A DNA stretch of 64,000 bases from Octopus sinensis (GCF_006345805.1 NC_042999.1:68572001-68636000); one strand, 5' to 3'. Positions 13,544 through 25,204 are shown, counted from the first letter of the stretch. Numbers and translations: made by a program. Notes: generated by a model not told the origin, from the sequence alone.

Positions 13544-13584
13544 ACATACACACATATATTAACTATATATATATATATATATAT
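12527..13584 (+). repeat. Compound minisatellite ATTAACT(AT)n(AC)n
   Basis: Dozens of ATTAACTATATA or ATTTACTATATA units with variable TA/CA runs. Confidence 0.9.
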
Positions 13585-13806
13585 TTAATCAATATAGGGT
13601 GGCAAAAAATTTTGTAGAATTTTTTTGCCACAGCGGCCTAGTGGGAAAAATTTAAATTCCATAGACCACTCTCAAGTTCAACATCACAATCAAGGAACGG
13701 CCACAATAGGCCATTCACCCACCAGAAATAACAGCCAAAAGCTTCAACAACGCAAAATAACATCAATTCCGCAAACCAGAGAAAACTAAAAAACATCTAC
13801 CCTGCA

Positions 13807-13913
13807 ATTTCTCATACGATGCACCGTTTCATCCACTGTCTAATGGTAAACTAACCTGATTAAATCAAATCAAGCCAATCTACCATAGGCCCTTAGATTC
13901 ATCAGTAAGAAAT
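13807..13913 (-). ncRNA. Type I hammerhead ribozyme (predicted cleavage between 13815 and 13814)
   Basis: Reverse complement is identical to the fold at 14712-14818. Confidence 0.85.
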
Positions 13914-14711
13914 AGCCAAGTCGGAACAGATATTTTTCACGAGGCATTCCCGTCCCTGCCTCGGCAATATCTGACCTAAAATTTTCAAATCATCGCGCTC
14001 GCGCCAAATTTATCGGCAGCAAATAAATATAAGCCGCCGATTCCATTACGGAATTAACCAGAAAATTCATAATTAATCAATATGGGGTGGCAAAAAATTT
14101 TGTAGAATTTTTTTGCCACCAGCGGACTAGTGGGAAAAAATTAAACAGTCATAGACCACTCTCAAGTTCAACATCACAATCAAGGAACGGCCACAATAGG
14201 CCATTCACCCACCAAAAAAATTCTACAAAATTTTTTGCCACCCTATATTGATTAATTATGAATTGATTTAATTTAATCAGGTTAGTTTACCATTAGACAG
14301 TGGATGAAACGGTGCATCGTATGAGAAATTGCAGGGTAGATGTTTTTTAGTTTTCTCCTGGTTTGCGGAATTGATGTTATTTTGCGGTTGAAGCTTTTGG
14401 CTGTTATTTCTGGTGGGTGAATGGCCTATTGTGGCCGTTCCTTGATTGTGATGTTGAACTTGAGAGTGGTCTATGACTGTTTAATTTTTTCCCACTAGGC
14501 CGCTGGTGGCAAAAAAATTCTACAAAATTTTTTGCCACCCTATATTGATTAATTATGAATTTTCTGGTTAATTCCGTAATGGAATCGGCGGCTTATATTT
14601 ATCTGCTGCCGATAAATTTGGCGCGAGCGCGATGATTTGAAAATTTTAGGTCAGATATTGCCGAGGCAGGGACGGGAATGCCTCGTGAAAAATATCTGTT
14701 CCGACTTGGCT

Positions 14712-14818
14712 ATTTCTTACTGATGAATCTAAGGGCCTATGGTAGATTGGCTTGATTTGATTTAATCAGGTTAGTTTACCATTAGACAGTGGATGAAACG
14801 GTGCATCGTATGAGAAAT
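14712..14818 (+). ncRNA. Type I hammerhead ribozyme (predicted cleavage after GUA at 14810)
   Basis: Stem I AUUUCUUA/UGAGAAAU (8 bp); core CUGAUGA; stem II AUCUA/UGGAU extended by a 19-bp hairpin; GAAA; stem III ACGGU-GC-AUCGU (near-palindrome); GUA cleavage triplet. Confidence 0.87.
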
Positions 14819-14940
14819 TGCAGAGTAGATGTTTTTTAGTTTTCTCCTGGTTTGCGGAATTGATGTTATTTTGCGGTTGAAGCTTTTGGCTGTTATTTCT
14901 GGTGGGTGAATGGCCTATTGTGGCCGTTCCTTGATTGTGA

Positions 14941-14943
<3 letters not shown>

Positions 14944-14995
<52 letters not shown>

Positions 14996-15216
14996 CACAT
15001 ACACACACATTAACTATATATATATATACATACATACACACACATTAACTATATATATATATATATACATACATACACATTAACTATATATATATATATA
15101 CATACATACACATTAACTATATATATATATATACATACACACATATTAACTATATATATATATATATACATACACACATATTAACTATATATATATATAT
15201 ATACATACACACATAT

Positions 15217-15256
<40 letters not shown>

Positions 15257-15395
15257 CACACATATTAACTATATATATATATACATACACACATTAACTA
15301 TATATATATATATAATAATATACATACACACATATTAACTATATATATATATATTATATATATACACACACACATATATTCACTATACATACATA
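14944..15395 (+). repeat. (TA)n plus ATTAACT(AT)n(AC)n minisatellite, same orientation as the left flank
   Basis: Same unit as 12527-13584. Confidence 0.9.
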
Positions 15396-15407
15396 TATTC
15401 ACTAAAT

Positions 15408-15712
15408 AGGCGCAGGAGTGGCTGTGTGGTAAGTAGCTTGTTTACCAACCACATGGTTCCGGGTTCAGTCCCTCTGCGTGGCGACTTGGGCAAGTGTTTT
15501 CTACTATAACCTCGGACCGACCAAAGCCTTGTGAGTTGATTTGGTAGACAGAAACTGAAAGATGCCCGTCGTATATATGTATGTGCGTGTATGCTTGTGT
15601 GTCTGTGTTTGTCCCCCTAGCATTGCTTGACAACCGATGCTGGTGTGTTTATGTCCCCGTCACTTAGCGGTTCAGCAAAAGAGGCCGATAGAATAAGTAC
15701 TGGGCTTAGAAG
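15408..15712 (+). mobile_element. SINE family A, 3'-truncated
   Basis: AGGCGCAGGAGTGGCTGTGTGG head and family A body. Confidence 0.8.
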
Positions 15713-16298
15713 GAATATTCACTATATATATATATATATGTGTGTGTGTATATATATATGTGTGTATATATATATATATATGCAACTATACATACACACT
15801 ATATCATATCTCTTTATGCACCTTCATGTGGATATACTTACAGCTTTACACACACTCTCAAGAATAATCAGCTTCACTCTTTCTTTCTCAAACATAGAAT
15901 CAGTCACTCACGCGCGCACACACGCCTGTGAATGCATCCTATTTCATTTAAATATTTTGTGTTTTTCATTTTTTTTTCTTTCACATTTATTTTTTTTCGA
16001 GTACATTTGCTATCTCTTGAAATGGAGTTACCGCTTAATCTTTCAGGCACGCTTTAATAGAGTGTTGTCTCCCTTTGTCCTTTAGTGCACCATTTCCATT
16101 TTTCGACGGGATATATATATATACATGGCTGATGTGTTGCTGGATGTAAGGTTTGTATTTATTGGCGAGAGATATAGATCCCCCTTCCAGCTTCAACCAG
16201 CGACAGTCGGATGTACGTATGCATGTTTAATCTCATGACAATACACACTGCTAGTTTCGGCTACTTCTATTTCCAACAGATACTAGTACTACTACTAA

Positions 16299-16338
<40 letters not shown>

Positions 16339-16408
16339 TAGATAGATAAATACATAGATAGATATACGCACACGTATACATACATACATGTGTGTGTGTG
16401 TGTGTGTG

Positions 16409-16467
<59 letters not shown>

Positions 16468-16477
16468 TAATATATAT

Positions 16478-16820
16478 GTGTGGTAAGAAACTTATTTCCC
16501 AATCACATGGTCCCGGATTCAGTCCCACTGTGTGGCACCCTGGGTGGGTACCTCGGGCCGACCAAAGTCTTGTGAGTGGATCTGGTACGCGAAAATTGAA
16601 AGAAACCCGCCGTGTGCGTGTGGAAATATATGTGTGTGTGTGTATTTGTGTGTGTCCCCTCATTACCGCTTGATAACGGGTGTAGGTTTGTTTAAGTTAT
16701 CTAGCGGTTCGGCAAAAGAGATATATTGAATAAGTACTAGGCTTAAAGAATAAGGCCCTAGTGTCGATTTGTTCGGCTAAAACCATTCAAGGCGCTGTTC
16801 CATCACGGCCGTAGTCAGAT
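16478..16820 (+). mobile_element. SINE family A, diverged
   Basis: Family A head, body and GACTGAAACAAGTAAAAGAG tail. Confidence 0.75.
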
Positions 16821-16969
16821 GACTGAAACAAGTAAAAGAGAATATACACACACACTCAGTCAGTCATATGCACATACACACATACACACATGTAATATTC
16901 AACTTCACACACAATATATATTCAGAGATGCACGCAAAGGATATACACACGCGCGCGCTCGCGAGGTAG

Positions 16970-17125
16970 TGGTGGTGGGGCTGAAAAGTTCCTGGATTTC
17001 AGAGTATCTCGAAAGGCCTGGCTGGAAGCTGAACCTTACGAGTTCTTCTGCAGGGATTTGAAAAGCAACTTGAAGGGCCACTACAGTAAGTGTGTGACTC
17101 ATGATTAACTGATCCTCCGTTTCGC
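16970..17125 (+). mobile_element. Mariner-derived MITE fragment (same family as 60558-60797)
   Basis: GGGCTGAAAAGTTCCTGG TIR-like start; shares GAAAGG(C/T)CTG...AAGTGTGTGA...ATAATTAACTGAT blocks with 60558-60797. Confidence 0.5.
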
Positions 17126-17144
17126 ATCATGCGGAGAAGTTATG

Positions 17145-17378
17145 TGGCCTAGTGGTTAGATTAAAGCTTTGTACTCACGATCCTTAGGACCTAATTTCGA
17201 TTTCTGGCCTGCATGGTGCATTGAGTTCTTAAGTAAAATTCTTCATTTCAAACTGCTCCAGTCCACTCAGCTGCAATGGGCAACCCTACGATGGAGTTGC
17301 GTCTCGTTCAGGGGTAACGATGTGATCTCGATCACTTACAGGTTATGGAAACCGGATAACAAGTCCTATCAGTCCTAG
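17145..17378 (+). mobile_element. Old tRNA-derived SINE, possibly Meta-domain type
   Basis: TGGCCTAGTGGTTAG A-box; GTCCACTCAGCTG, CCCTACGATGGA...CAGGGG and GGAAACCGGATAA blocks recall MetaSINE-type cores (from memory, unverified). Confidence 0.4.
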
Positions 17379-17599
17379 AATTCGAGATAGTTATGTCGTG
17401 GAGGTTACTCCTTTTTGCTTTATGTGGACCTAATTTAAATTCCTTATAACCGTTAGCTCCACCAATAAATATATTGAATAGGGCTCAGTCTAATAGGAAT
17501 TGTTTCGTATATAAAAGCAAAATCTAAAAATGCAAAATAAAAAAAAAATGTTTCCTTGTGGTATTCTTGCAGCAAAGGCCATTAATAGAAGTTCCGTTA

Positions 17600-18450
17600 C
17601 GAAGTTCTTACAATTTGTAGATGGTGATAATTTTGTTATGGTACTATTTCATTCTTTTTAGAAATCTTCTGCTCGATAAAACCTGTAACTTATTTAGGAA
17701 ATTGGCACGACAGCTGAAACCAGCTCAATTCCGATGTGCTTGATTAGATACCGCAAGTGGCACTCTTCCGCATGTGCCTCAACTCATGCGAAGCGCACAA
17801 CCTAAGGAGTAAAACGCTTGTGACCTTGATAGACATGTCGATGATGCGGAAAAGCTTCTATCAATGCAATGGACTTAGAAATGATTGTAAAACCTCTGAA
17901 TAGCTCCGCAGTTTCCGCAAGAGCAAAGCATCTCCGATATTTATTTCACCAAAGTGAGATACTTCATTAAAACTGAAATTGAGATTAAATACAATGGTGG
18001 GTATTGAGGGAATGCTCTATTTTCTTCATAAAGTTTCAAGAACTGAAAGAAAAAGAGACCGTCCTCTGTGTTTACATAGAGTAATGGCCGTTTAGTATTC
18101 GTAAAAGTAATTTGAACTTCCTAATTTCCGTAGTTTCCGATATTGCCGTCAGAACACACACAATCAATCAATGAAGATAACTGAGATTGAGCGAGGAACT
18201 GATTTTCTTGGTTCCTGGATATTTCGCATTGGGGAATGGTAGAGATGCTTTAAAATGTACTAAAATGATTTGAGGAACTTACTTTCAGGACAAGTATAAG
18301 TGCATATTTGGTCGATTTCATGATAACCATTAAAACACAATCTGCAAGCTGCTGGCTTCACGTACGTTAAACTTTTTTCAGTCAAACTGGGATAGCTGCC
18401 ATATAGCGAATCTTAGTCTTCCAGTCAAAACCAGATATATTTAGATACTG
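17600..18450 (+). pseudogene. Possible very decayed RTE-type RT relic
   Basis: Weak peptide echoes (NGLRNDCKTSE, SPIFIS, LKHNLQAAG) amid many stops. Confidence 0.25.
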
Positions 18451-19007
18451 AATTTCCTTAATTGCTCGAAAGTCATTCCGGTGCAGAGATCTGGTTTTGA
18501 AAGTAAGTTCTTCATTAAAAAACTGAATCTAGACGCAAGCATGACTGTGTGGTTAAAAAGCCGATTTTGCAACCACATGGTTTCTGTTTATGTCCCATTG
18601 TGTCACCTTGAACAAGTGTCTACTATAGCCATGGGCTGACCAATGCCTTGTGAATGACTTTGATGGATGGACAATGTGTGGAAGCTAATCGTATATATGT
18701 GTGTGCTTTTTTTCCGATCCCCCCAACCACCTCAATCATCACTTGACAATCGTTGTTGGAGTGTTCTCGTTTCTGTAACTCAGCGGCTTGTTAAAAATGA
18801 TTGACAGAATAAGTAACAGGCTTAAAATTAAGTACCTGTGTAGATTTGTTCAACTAAACCCTTCAAGGTTGCGTGGTCAATGATTGAAATAAGTAGAACA
18901 AGACACAGGGAAATGGATATCTTTAGACATAAAGTTCTATAACTACCTGCACATTAACATGTGGATGGTTGCATTAGAATATAAATACGTATGTATGTAT
19001 GTATGTA

Positions 19008-19335
19008 TGGAGGTGCAATGGTCCAGTGGTTAGGGCAGCGGACACGCGGTCGTAGGATAGCAGTTTCGATTCCCAGACCGGGCGTTGTGTGTTTATTGAG
19101 CGAAAACACAAAGCTCCCGGAGACTCCGGCAGGAGGTGGTGGCGAGCCCTGCTGTACGCTTTCACCACAACCTTCTCTCACTCTTTCTTCCTGTTTCTGT
19201 TGTACATGTACTTCAAAGGGCCAGCCTTGTCACACTCTGTGTCACACTGAATGTCCCTGAGAACTACGCTAATGGTACATGTTCTGCTGATCGGATCAGC
19301 TGGAACCATCGTCGTCGTCACTGACGGAGTGCCAC
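19008..19335 (+). mobile_element. tRNA(Arg)-like SINE, family C
   Basis: GGTGCAATGGTCCAGTGGTTAGGGCAGCGGAC...GTTTCGATTCCC head; other copies or heads at 44970, 45556 and 58888. Confidence 0.75.
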
Positions 19336-19677
19336 GAATGTATGTATGTATGTATGTATGTATGTATGGTAGACTCGTAGTCCAAGAAAGACAGTTCTGC
19401 AATTTTTTGTTGAAAAACCCACACAAATATTTTGTTTATAGCAATGCAAATAATTCTGCAGTCCATTAGCTCACTATCTCCAACAAATCGATGCTGTCTG
19501 AACGGTAGGCTACACGTCAGGTGTAGTCGCAGAGTAATGTGAGGTAAAGTGTTTTGCTCAAGAACACAATGCACCACTCCCGTCCATGAATCGAAACCGC
19601 GATCTCGCGTTCGTGAACCCAGTACCCTAACTTCTAGTACAAGCAATTAGAAGCAACTCTTCTTACTATTATTATTG

Positions 19678-20090
19678 CAGGCGGCGAGCTGGCAGAAACG
19701 TTAGCACGCCGGGCGAAATACTTAGCGGTATTTCGTCTGCCGTTACGTTCTGAGTTCAAATTCCGCCGAGGTGGACTTTGCCCTTCATCATTTAGGGGTC
19801 AATTAAATAAGTACCAGTTACGCACTGGGGTCGATGTAAACGACTTAATCCATTTGTCTGTCCTTGTTTGTCCCCTCTGTGTTTAGCCTCTTGTGGGTAG
19901 TAAAGAAATAGGTATTTCGTCTGTCGCTACATTTCGAATTCAAATTCCGCCGAAGTCGACTTTAGCTTTCATCCTTTCGGGGTCGATAAATTAAGTACCA
20001 GTCAAGTAATGGGGTCGATGTGATCGACTACCCCACTCCTCACAAATTCCAAGCCTTGTGCCAACAGTAGAAAGGATTATTATTATTATT
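19678..20090 (+). mobile_element. Family B SINE dimer (Tx1-tailed unit plus headless ATT-tailed unit)
   Basis: Junction TAAAGAAATA|GGTATTTCGT at 19911. Confidence 0.8.
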
Positions 20091-21904
20091 ATTCATTTTA
20101 TTCATGTGTATTCATTTATTTTATTCAATTTTAGGAAAACTGATGCATGTATTTGACAATTCCGGAGCATATTGAACTTATTTTGTGCGTGAGTTTTGGT
20201 CCGCCCCTTCTATTAAGATAGAAACACTCTACATCAGATATATATATATAGTCGATATATTAAACACATACATACACATATATTCTTTTCTACTCTAGGC
20301 ACAAGGCCTGAAATTTTTAGGGAGAGGGCTAGTCGATTAGATCGACCTCAGTACGCAACTGGTACTTAATTTATCGACCCCCGAAGGGTGAAAGGCAAAG
20401 TTTACATTGGCAGAATTCGAACTCAGAACGTAAAGACAGACGAAAACACACACACACACACATTAGAGAAAGAGAGTGATTGGTAAAGTAAAATTCAAAC
20501 ATACGTACACACATGTAATGAAGTATGCAAAAAAAGAAAGAATTCCGCACACATTAAGAAGATACATTTAAGCTGTACCTACCTGCGTACACATCATGCG
20601 TGCATTTATTAAGTTTTGTCCACTGATTTTCTGACAGTTATCTTGCATTGCATTTTACACATCCACACAAGATTAAACACACACACATCTTTATGCCTTA
20701 GTCTCTACTCATTGGTAATCTAAACAAAATCGCATAATGCCATACACGCACAAGTAATACCAAACGCATAAATACGAACACGCAAAAGAAGATAGCAGAT
20801 ACATATGTATATGGTAGGTTCTAGTTAGCAATTGTTCTCTCCAGAACGCTCGATTAGAAAGTCTTGCATCGCTTGGTTGCGTCTCCGAGCTGCATTTAAG
20901 TAAAGTTTCTTTGGAAATTGTTATCTTTCTGGTTGATAGAACAATTAATGATTAGCTTTATAGGAAAGAGAGGGGACGAAAATGGAAAGAGAGAAAAGGG
21001 AGTTTGTGTTTGGGAAATTGATACACATACACACACACACACGTGCAAATACATGGTTTGCGATTGGAAAAGCGATACATTGAGAGAGACAGTAGGTTTC
21101 TCTATAATTGTGACAGATGTATTACATCCCACATAGGACACACCTTCACGATTTAGAAACAGATGAAAAGGTCTGGCAATGCCTCCAGATCTTTACGTTG
21201 CGATAGAGGGATTCATTTGTTCCCTACTTGTGTGGAAGACATCACGCATATCAGCAGTGTTTTTAAAATGTCACCAAGATACTAACTTTCCTTGAGATTT
21301 AACTTCATTGCCAGAACTATTTTATCGTGCTTTCCACCAGAACCAAAGGAATCAACACCTTTTAAAATAAAGAATATTTCTGGAATTTTCAAATAAAAGC
21401 AACATTCTGGTGCAAACTCAACACAGCTGATATTGTATTATAGGATCAGGAACAAACGCCATACACTTTTGTAGATTTAGCCTGTTCAGTGAGTCTCATC
21501 TTTAGTTCCAGAAAATTAAAAACATCAGGTGAACGAATCGAAGCTTGAAGCGCATTTATCCTGGTTATAGATAGTCATTTGTAAGCAACATAGATAATGT
21601 AGTATATGTAATGACAGATCTGCATATCAGCCCAGAAACGCTGGAGTTTTCCAAGTGTGAACAAAACAACTTGCATTCTTAAAATCAAAGCAGCTAGTGT
21701 TATAGCTAATGTTAATAAGATATTCTAAAGAATCATTATTTCAGTTGTCTGGAATGAACATATAGACAAAATTATATTTGGGCATATAATATACACGCGT
21801 ACACATGCTTATATAAAGAGTAACCACACTCGCACTTGTAATACATATGCAAGGAAATATATACATATATGCCTACTATTAACATTTTTACATGTGCTTA
21901 ACGT

Positions 21905-22145
21905 TCTTCGACCAGTCTTGTTTCCAGCAAAGAAAAGGAGTCTTTGTGTATGGTAGCAGCACCGTCCCAGATGTAGGAGCAGCACTCCATTGTGGAGTAC
22001 TTCTGCTACTCCACTGTGACTCTAATTTGATCTTTGTAGAGTGCTGGTAGCTGTCAGGGCCTGTAGTATGTTTTCATGCTAACCTATGAGATGCAGTCTT
22101 CACTGTATTCAGGACGTGCATTTGCCATGTGAGACTCATAATGAT
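21905..22145 (-). pseudogene. CR1-type LINE RT C-terminal fragment
   Basis: SLTWQMHVLNTVKTASHRL and LYKDQIR...MECCSYIWDGA resemble the post-RT LSW..HI and LYKAQIRP.MEYCSHIW motifs. Confidence 0.55.
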
Positions 22146-22204
22146 AGAATATCTAAAATTTCAAGTCATCGCACGACTTCCAATTGAAGCGGAGAAAGAA
22201 AACA

Positions 22205-22410
22205 AAATTAATCCACGTGGTTAGTCTTTTATTTGTTTCAGTAATTTGCCTGCGGCCATGCGGGAGCACCGACTCTCGTCGAAAAAAATCGACCCCAGGA
22301 TTTATTCTTTGTAAGCCTAGTACACATATCGGTCTCTTTTTCCGAACTGCTACACACCAGTATTGGTTGTCAAGTGATAGTAGGGACAAACACAGACATA
22401 CAAACATAAG

Positions 22411-22452
<42 letters not shown>

Positions 22453-22599
22453 AACATACGACAGGCTTCTTTCAGTTTCCGTCTACCAAATCCACTCACA
22501 AGGCTTTGGTTGGCCGGAGGCCACAGTAGAAAACACTTGCCCAAGGTGACACGCAGTGGGACTGAACCCGGAACCATGTGGTTGGGAAGCAAGCTTCTT
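22205..22599 (-). mobile_element. SINE family A, 3' portion (split by the insertion at 22600-24318)
   Basis: Continues in register at 24319-24358. Confidence 0.85.
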
Positions 22600-24318
22600 T
22601 ATTTTATGAAATTGGCCATGAAGGCCGAACATAGAGGGGACAGCACAAGGTGGTGTCAGAAAATACAAAACGAACGGAAAGAATGAATTAATATAATGAA
22701 AAACGAAATGAAGCCGTTCCGGCCTCCACCTCCGAGCGTCTTCATTGAACCTGTTAATACATTTTTTTTAAAACACTAGTTTCTAAACATAATTATTAGC
22801 GACAGCTAATTATTATTCGAACGAAGGATGTTTATATTGTGCTTCTTTAAAATATCATAAACACTTGCTTGCTTAGTAATTGAGCTGGTATCCCAGCATT
22901 CTTGACCCAGCATTCATAGTTATAGTTTTCCTCAAAGTCCTTTAATCTTGATATATATATGCTGGGTCTGCCACTACACAACGAAGGTACTCGGAGCATC
23001 CCTTTCACTCCTGATACGTCCACTTTTATGATACAGTTCCACGAGTCTATTTCATTATACACTTCTTCATTGTCTCCCCTGTACATTATAACATATTTTT
23101 ACAAGGGCGAGGGTGGGAGATTTGGGGCTCTTGTGTGCTTGTGTTTATGTCAGGTAAGGGATGGAGAGCCTGGTGTCTGTAGAGAGCGGTTGGGGTAAAG
23201 TGGGTCTGGGTGTGGGATGGGTCGTCCTTTACAGCGTGTGCTTTTTTTCTCTTCTCTTTTCCCCAGCTGTTTCCCATTCGTTGTCCAGCTCCTCTTCTTC
23301 GAAGCTGGTACTGGTCTTTATCTATAGTACCGCTTTACTCTCCTTTTCCTCAACCTCCACAGTTAGTGGAGCACCAGCCACTTTCTCATTCTCTTGTCTC
23401 TCTTTAGCCTTCTCAGGTGGTGGAGAACAATCCACTCTAATGTGGCCTTTTGGGCCACATTTATAGCACCGCGGAATCCTCCCTTCCACTCTGACTTTCA
23501 GTGTTGCGTTTCCGACTGTAATTGTCTACCATATTTTCTAAATCTTTCACTGCAACTTGTACCACCGTATCAAGGCTTTGTTCGTGCCAGTTCCTGTGGG
23601 ATGTTCTGGTGGCTTGGAGGACCACCACCTTTTCCTCCATGCTTAGCAGTATGGCAGCTACCAGCCAGGATACATCCACTTCTGGGGGTATCTCCTCCAC
23701 CCTAACCCTGGGAGTACGTTTCCCAAGGTATACGGGTAGAAGAACCACTTCAGCAGTTCTTAATGGTGGTGTTGAGTGCAGCCTGGCAGTAGCTATCTCC
23801 CGAAACCGCACCTCCACTGTTCCAAATTTTCTCCCACTGGCGAGGTAGGTAATTCCTTGCCGGATTGGTTTAAGCGCCTTTTCCTCTTGAGCCGTTGACA
23901 CGACTTAAATCTTCCTGGCTGCTGTCGAGTATGTTCTATAAATTGTAGTTTTCTTATGTTTCTGCTTTAACACTTCTTTGGGTGGGGGAACACCTTCACT
24001 TCATTCCCCTCCCTTTTAATCATTCCCTTGAACTTGCTCACATCCTCCGGCCTCACATCTTCGCTTCTTTTCTTTCGTCACCTTTGCATAATTCTTCGTC
24101 TCAATCGCTTCGTCTATCTTCTTCAAACACTCCGCCATTTCTTCCTCAGACGACACAAAGTCTGAAGAAGGGCAGTTTACAAAGTCTAAAGCAGACAATT
24201 CAAACTTTTGCACCCGACGCCCCTCTATTAAACAAGAGTAAAAACGCCACACCACCAAGACAACCCCAAAACACGTGTTATACTCAAAATCCACAATCCA
24301 ACTGACGAACGCTATACC
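22600..24318 (-). mobile_element. ORF1-only (HAL1-like) non-autonomous Tx1-type retroelement with 15-bp TSD
   Basis: TSD GGAAGCAAGCTTCTT at 22585-22599 and 24319-24333. Decayed ORF from ATG 24138 contains RVRVEEIPPEV and the knuckle CYKCGPKGHIRVDC. No EN/RT motifs seen. The 3' end is homologous to the Tx1 3' end at 1219-1270. Confidence 0.8.
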
Positions 24319-24358
24319 GGAAGCAAGCTTCTTACCACACAGCCACTCCTGCGCCTAT
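24319..24358 (-). mobile_element. SINE family A, 5' head remnant
   Basis: CTTACCACACAGCCACTCCTGCGCCTAT completes the head of 22205-22599. Confidence 0.85.
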
Positions 24359-25204
24359 AGAATAAAAAATTGAAAACTTTATTGTTGTTCGGGCGCAAGA
24401 ACATAGGTATGGACATGTTTCGATTGTATTAAGCTTCATTAGCTTGACATAATTGATATTTCAATCACTTGATAGCTTGCCTCCAAACCTCAGCTTTTCC
24501 TCGTAAACATGTAAATTAATTGAAAAAAAAAAAGATTAATTCTTAATTTTTGAAATTATCTCCTCTTCTCTTTGAGAGTCGATAACAATTATTACCGCAA
24601 AGCTGTTTTTATCTTCCTCAAATTTACAGTTTTTTTTCTGTATGACATTCCTTAATTATATCACCAACGTATTTACTCAAATTCATGTCATTGGTCCATA
24701 TCAGTTATTTCCCTTATCTTATTTTTAATTATAATAAATTGATTCTTTACATTAGCAAAGCAAAAGGAATTAATCATTTCTTTGTGATTGGTTCCGCATT
24801 TGTATTTGGCCCATTAATTCCCACTTTTCATATTAATTGATTATTAATCAATATTGATATGTTTCCCTTTTGATATCTGTATTGCAGATGGAGTCTCAAT
24901 TACGCTGGTAATTTAAAATATCTCTCGTTACAGCCGGAAACGGCATTAGAACACCGGAAGAAGTCCCATTACATCGCTCTGGCCGGAATTGGCATTCGAA
25001 ATTTTCTCACGATTCGAGGCGAACGGCATCGCTAAAAGATTTTCTTGCCTCCAAATACAAACTCTACGCAATATATTGCGTGCACCTTAATTTTCATTTG
25101 CTCACTTAAATGTGCGTGTAAAAGTGTGTGTGTGTGTGAGTGAGTGTGTGTGTATGTGTGTTTACATGTATACACACGCACACATATGTGTTTTATTCTT
25201 TTCT

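Larger units (their letters stand above)
13585..14943. mobile_element. Inverted tandem array of a ~489-nt non-coding unit carrying a hammerhead ribozyme (retrozyme-like)
   Basis: Left arm 13585-14213 repeats with period ~488. Right arm 14214-14943 is the reverse complement, with cleavage-site spacing 14321 to 14810 = 489. No convincing ORF. Confidence 0.85.
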
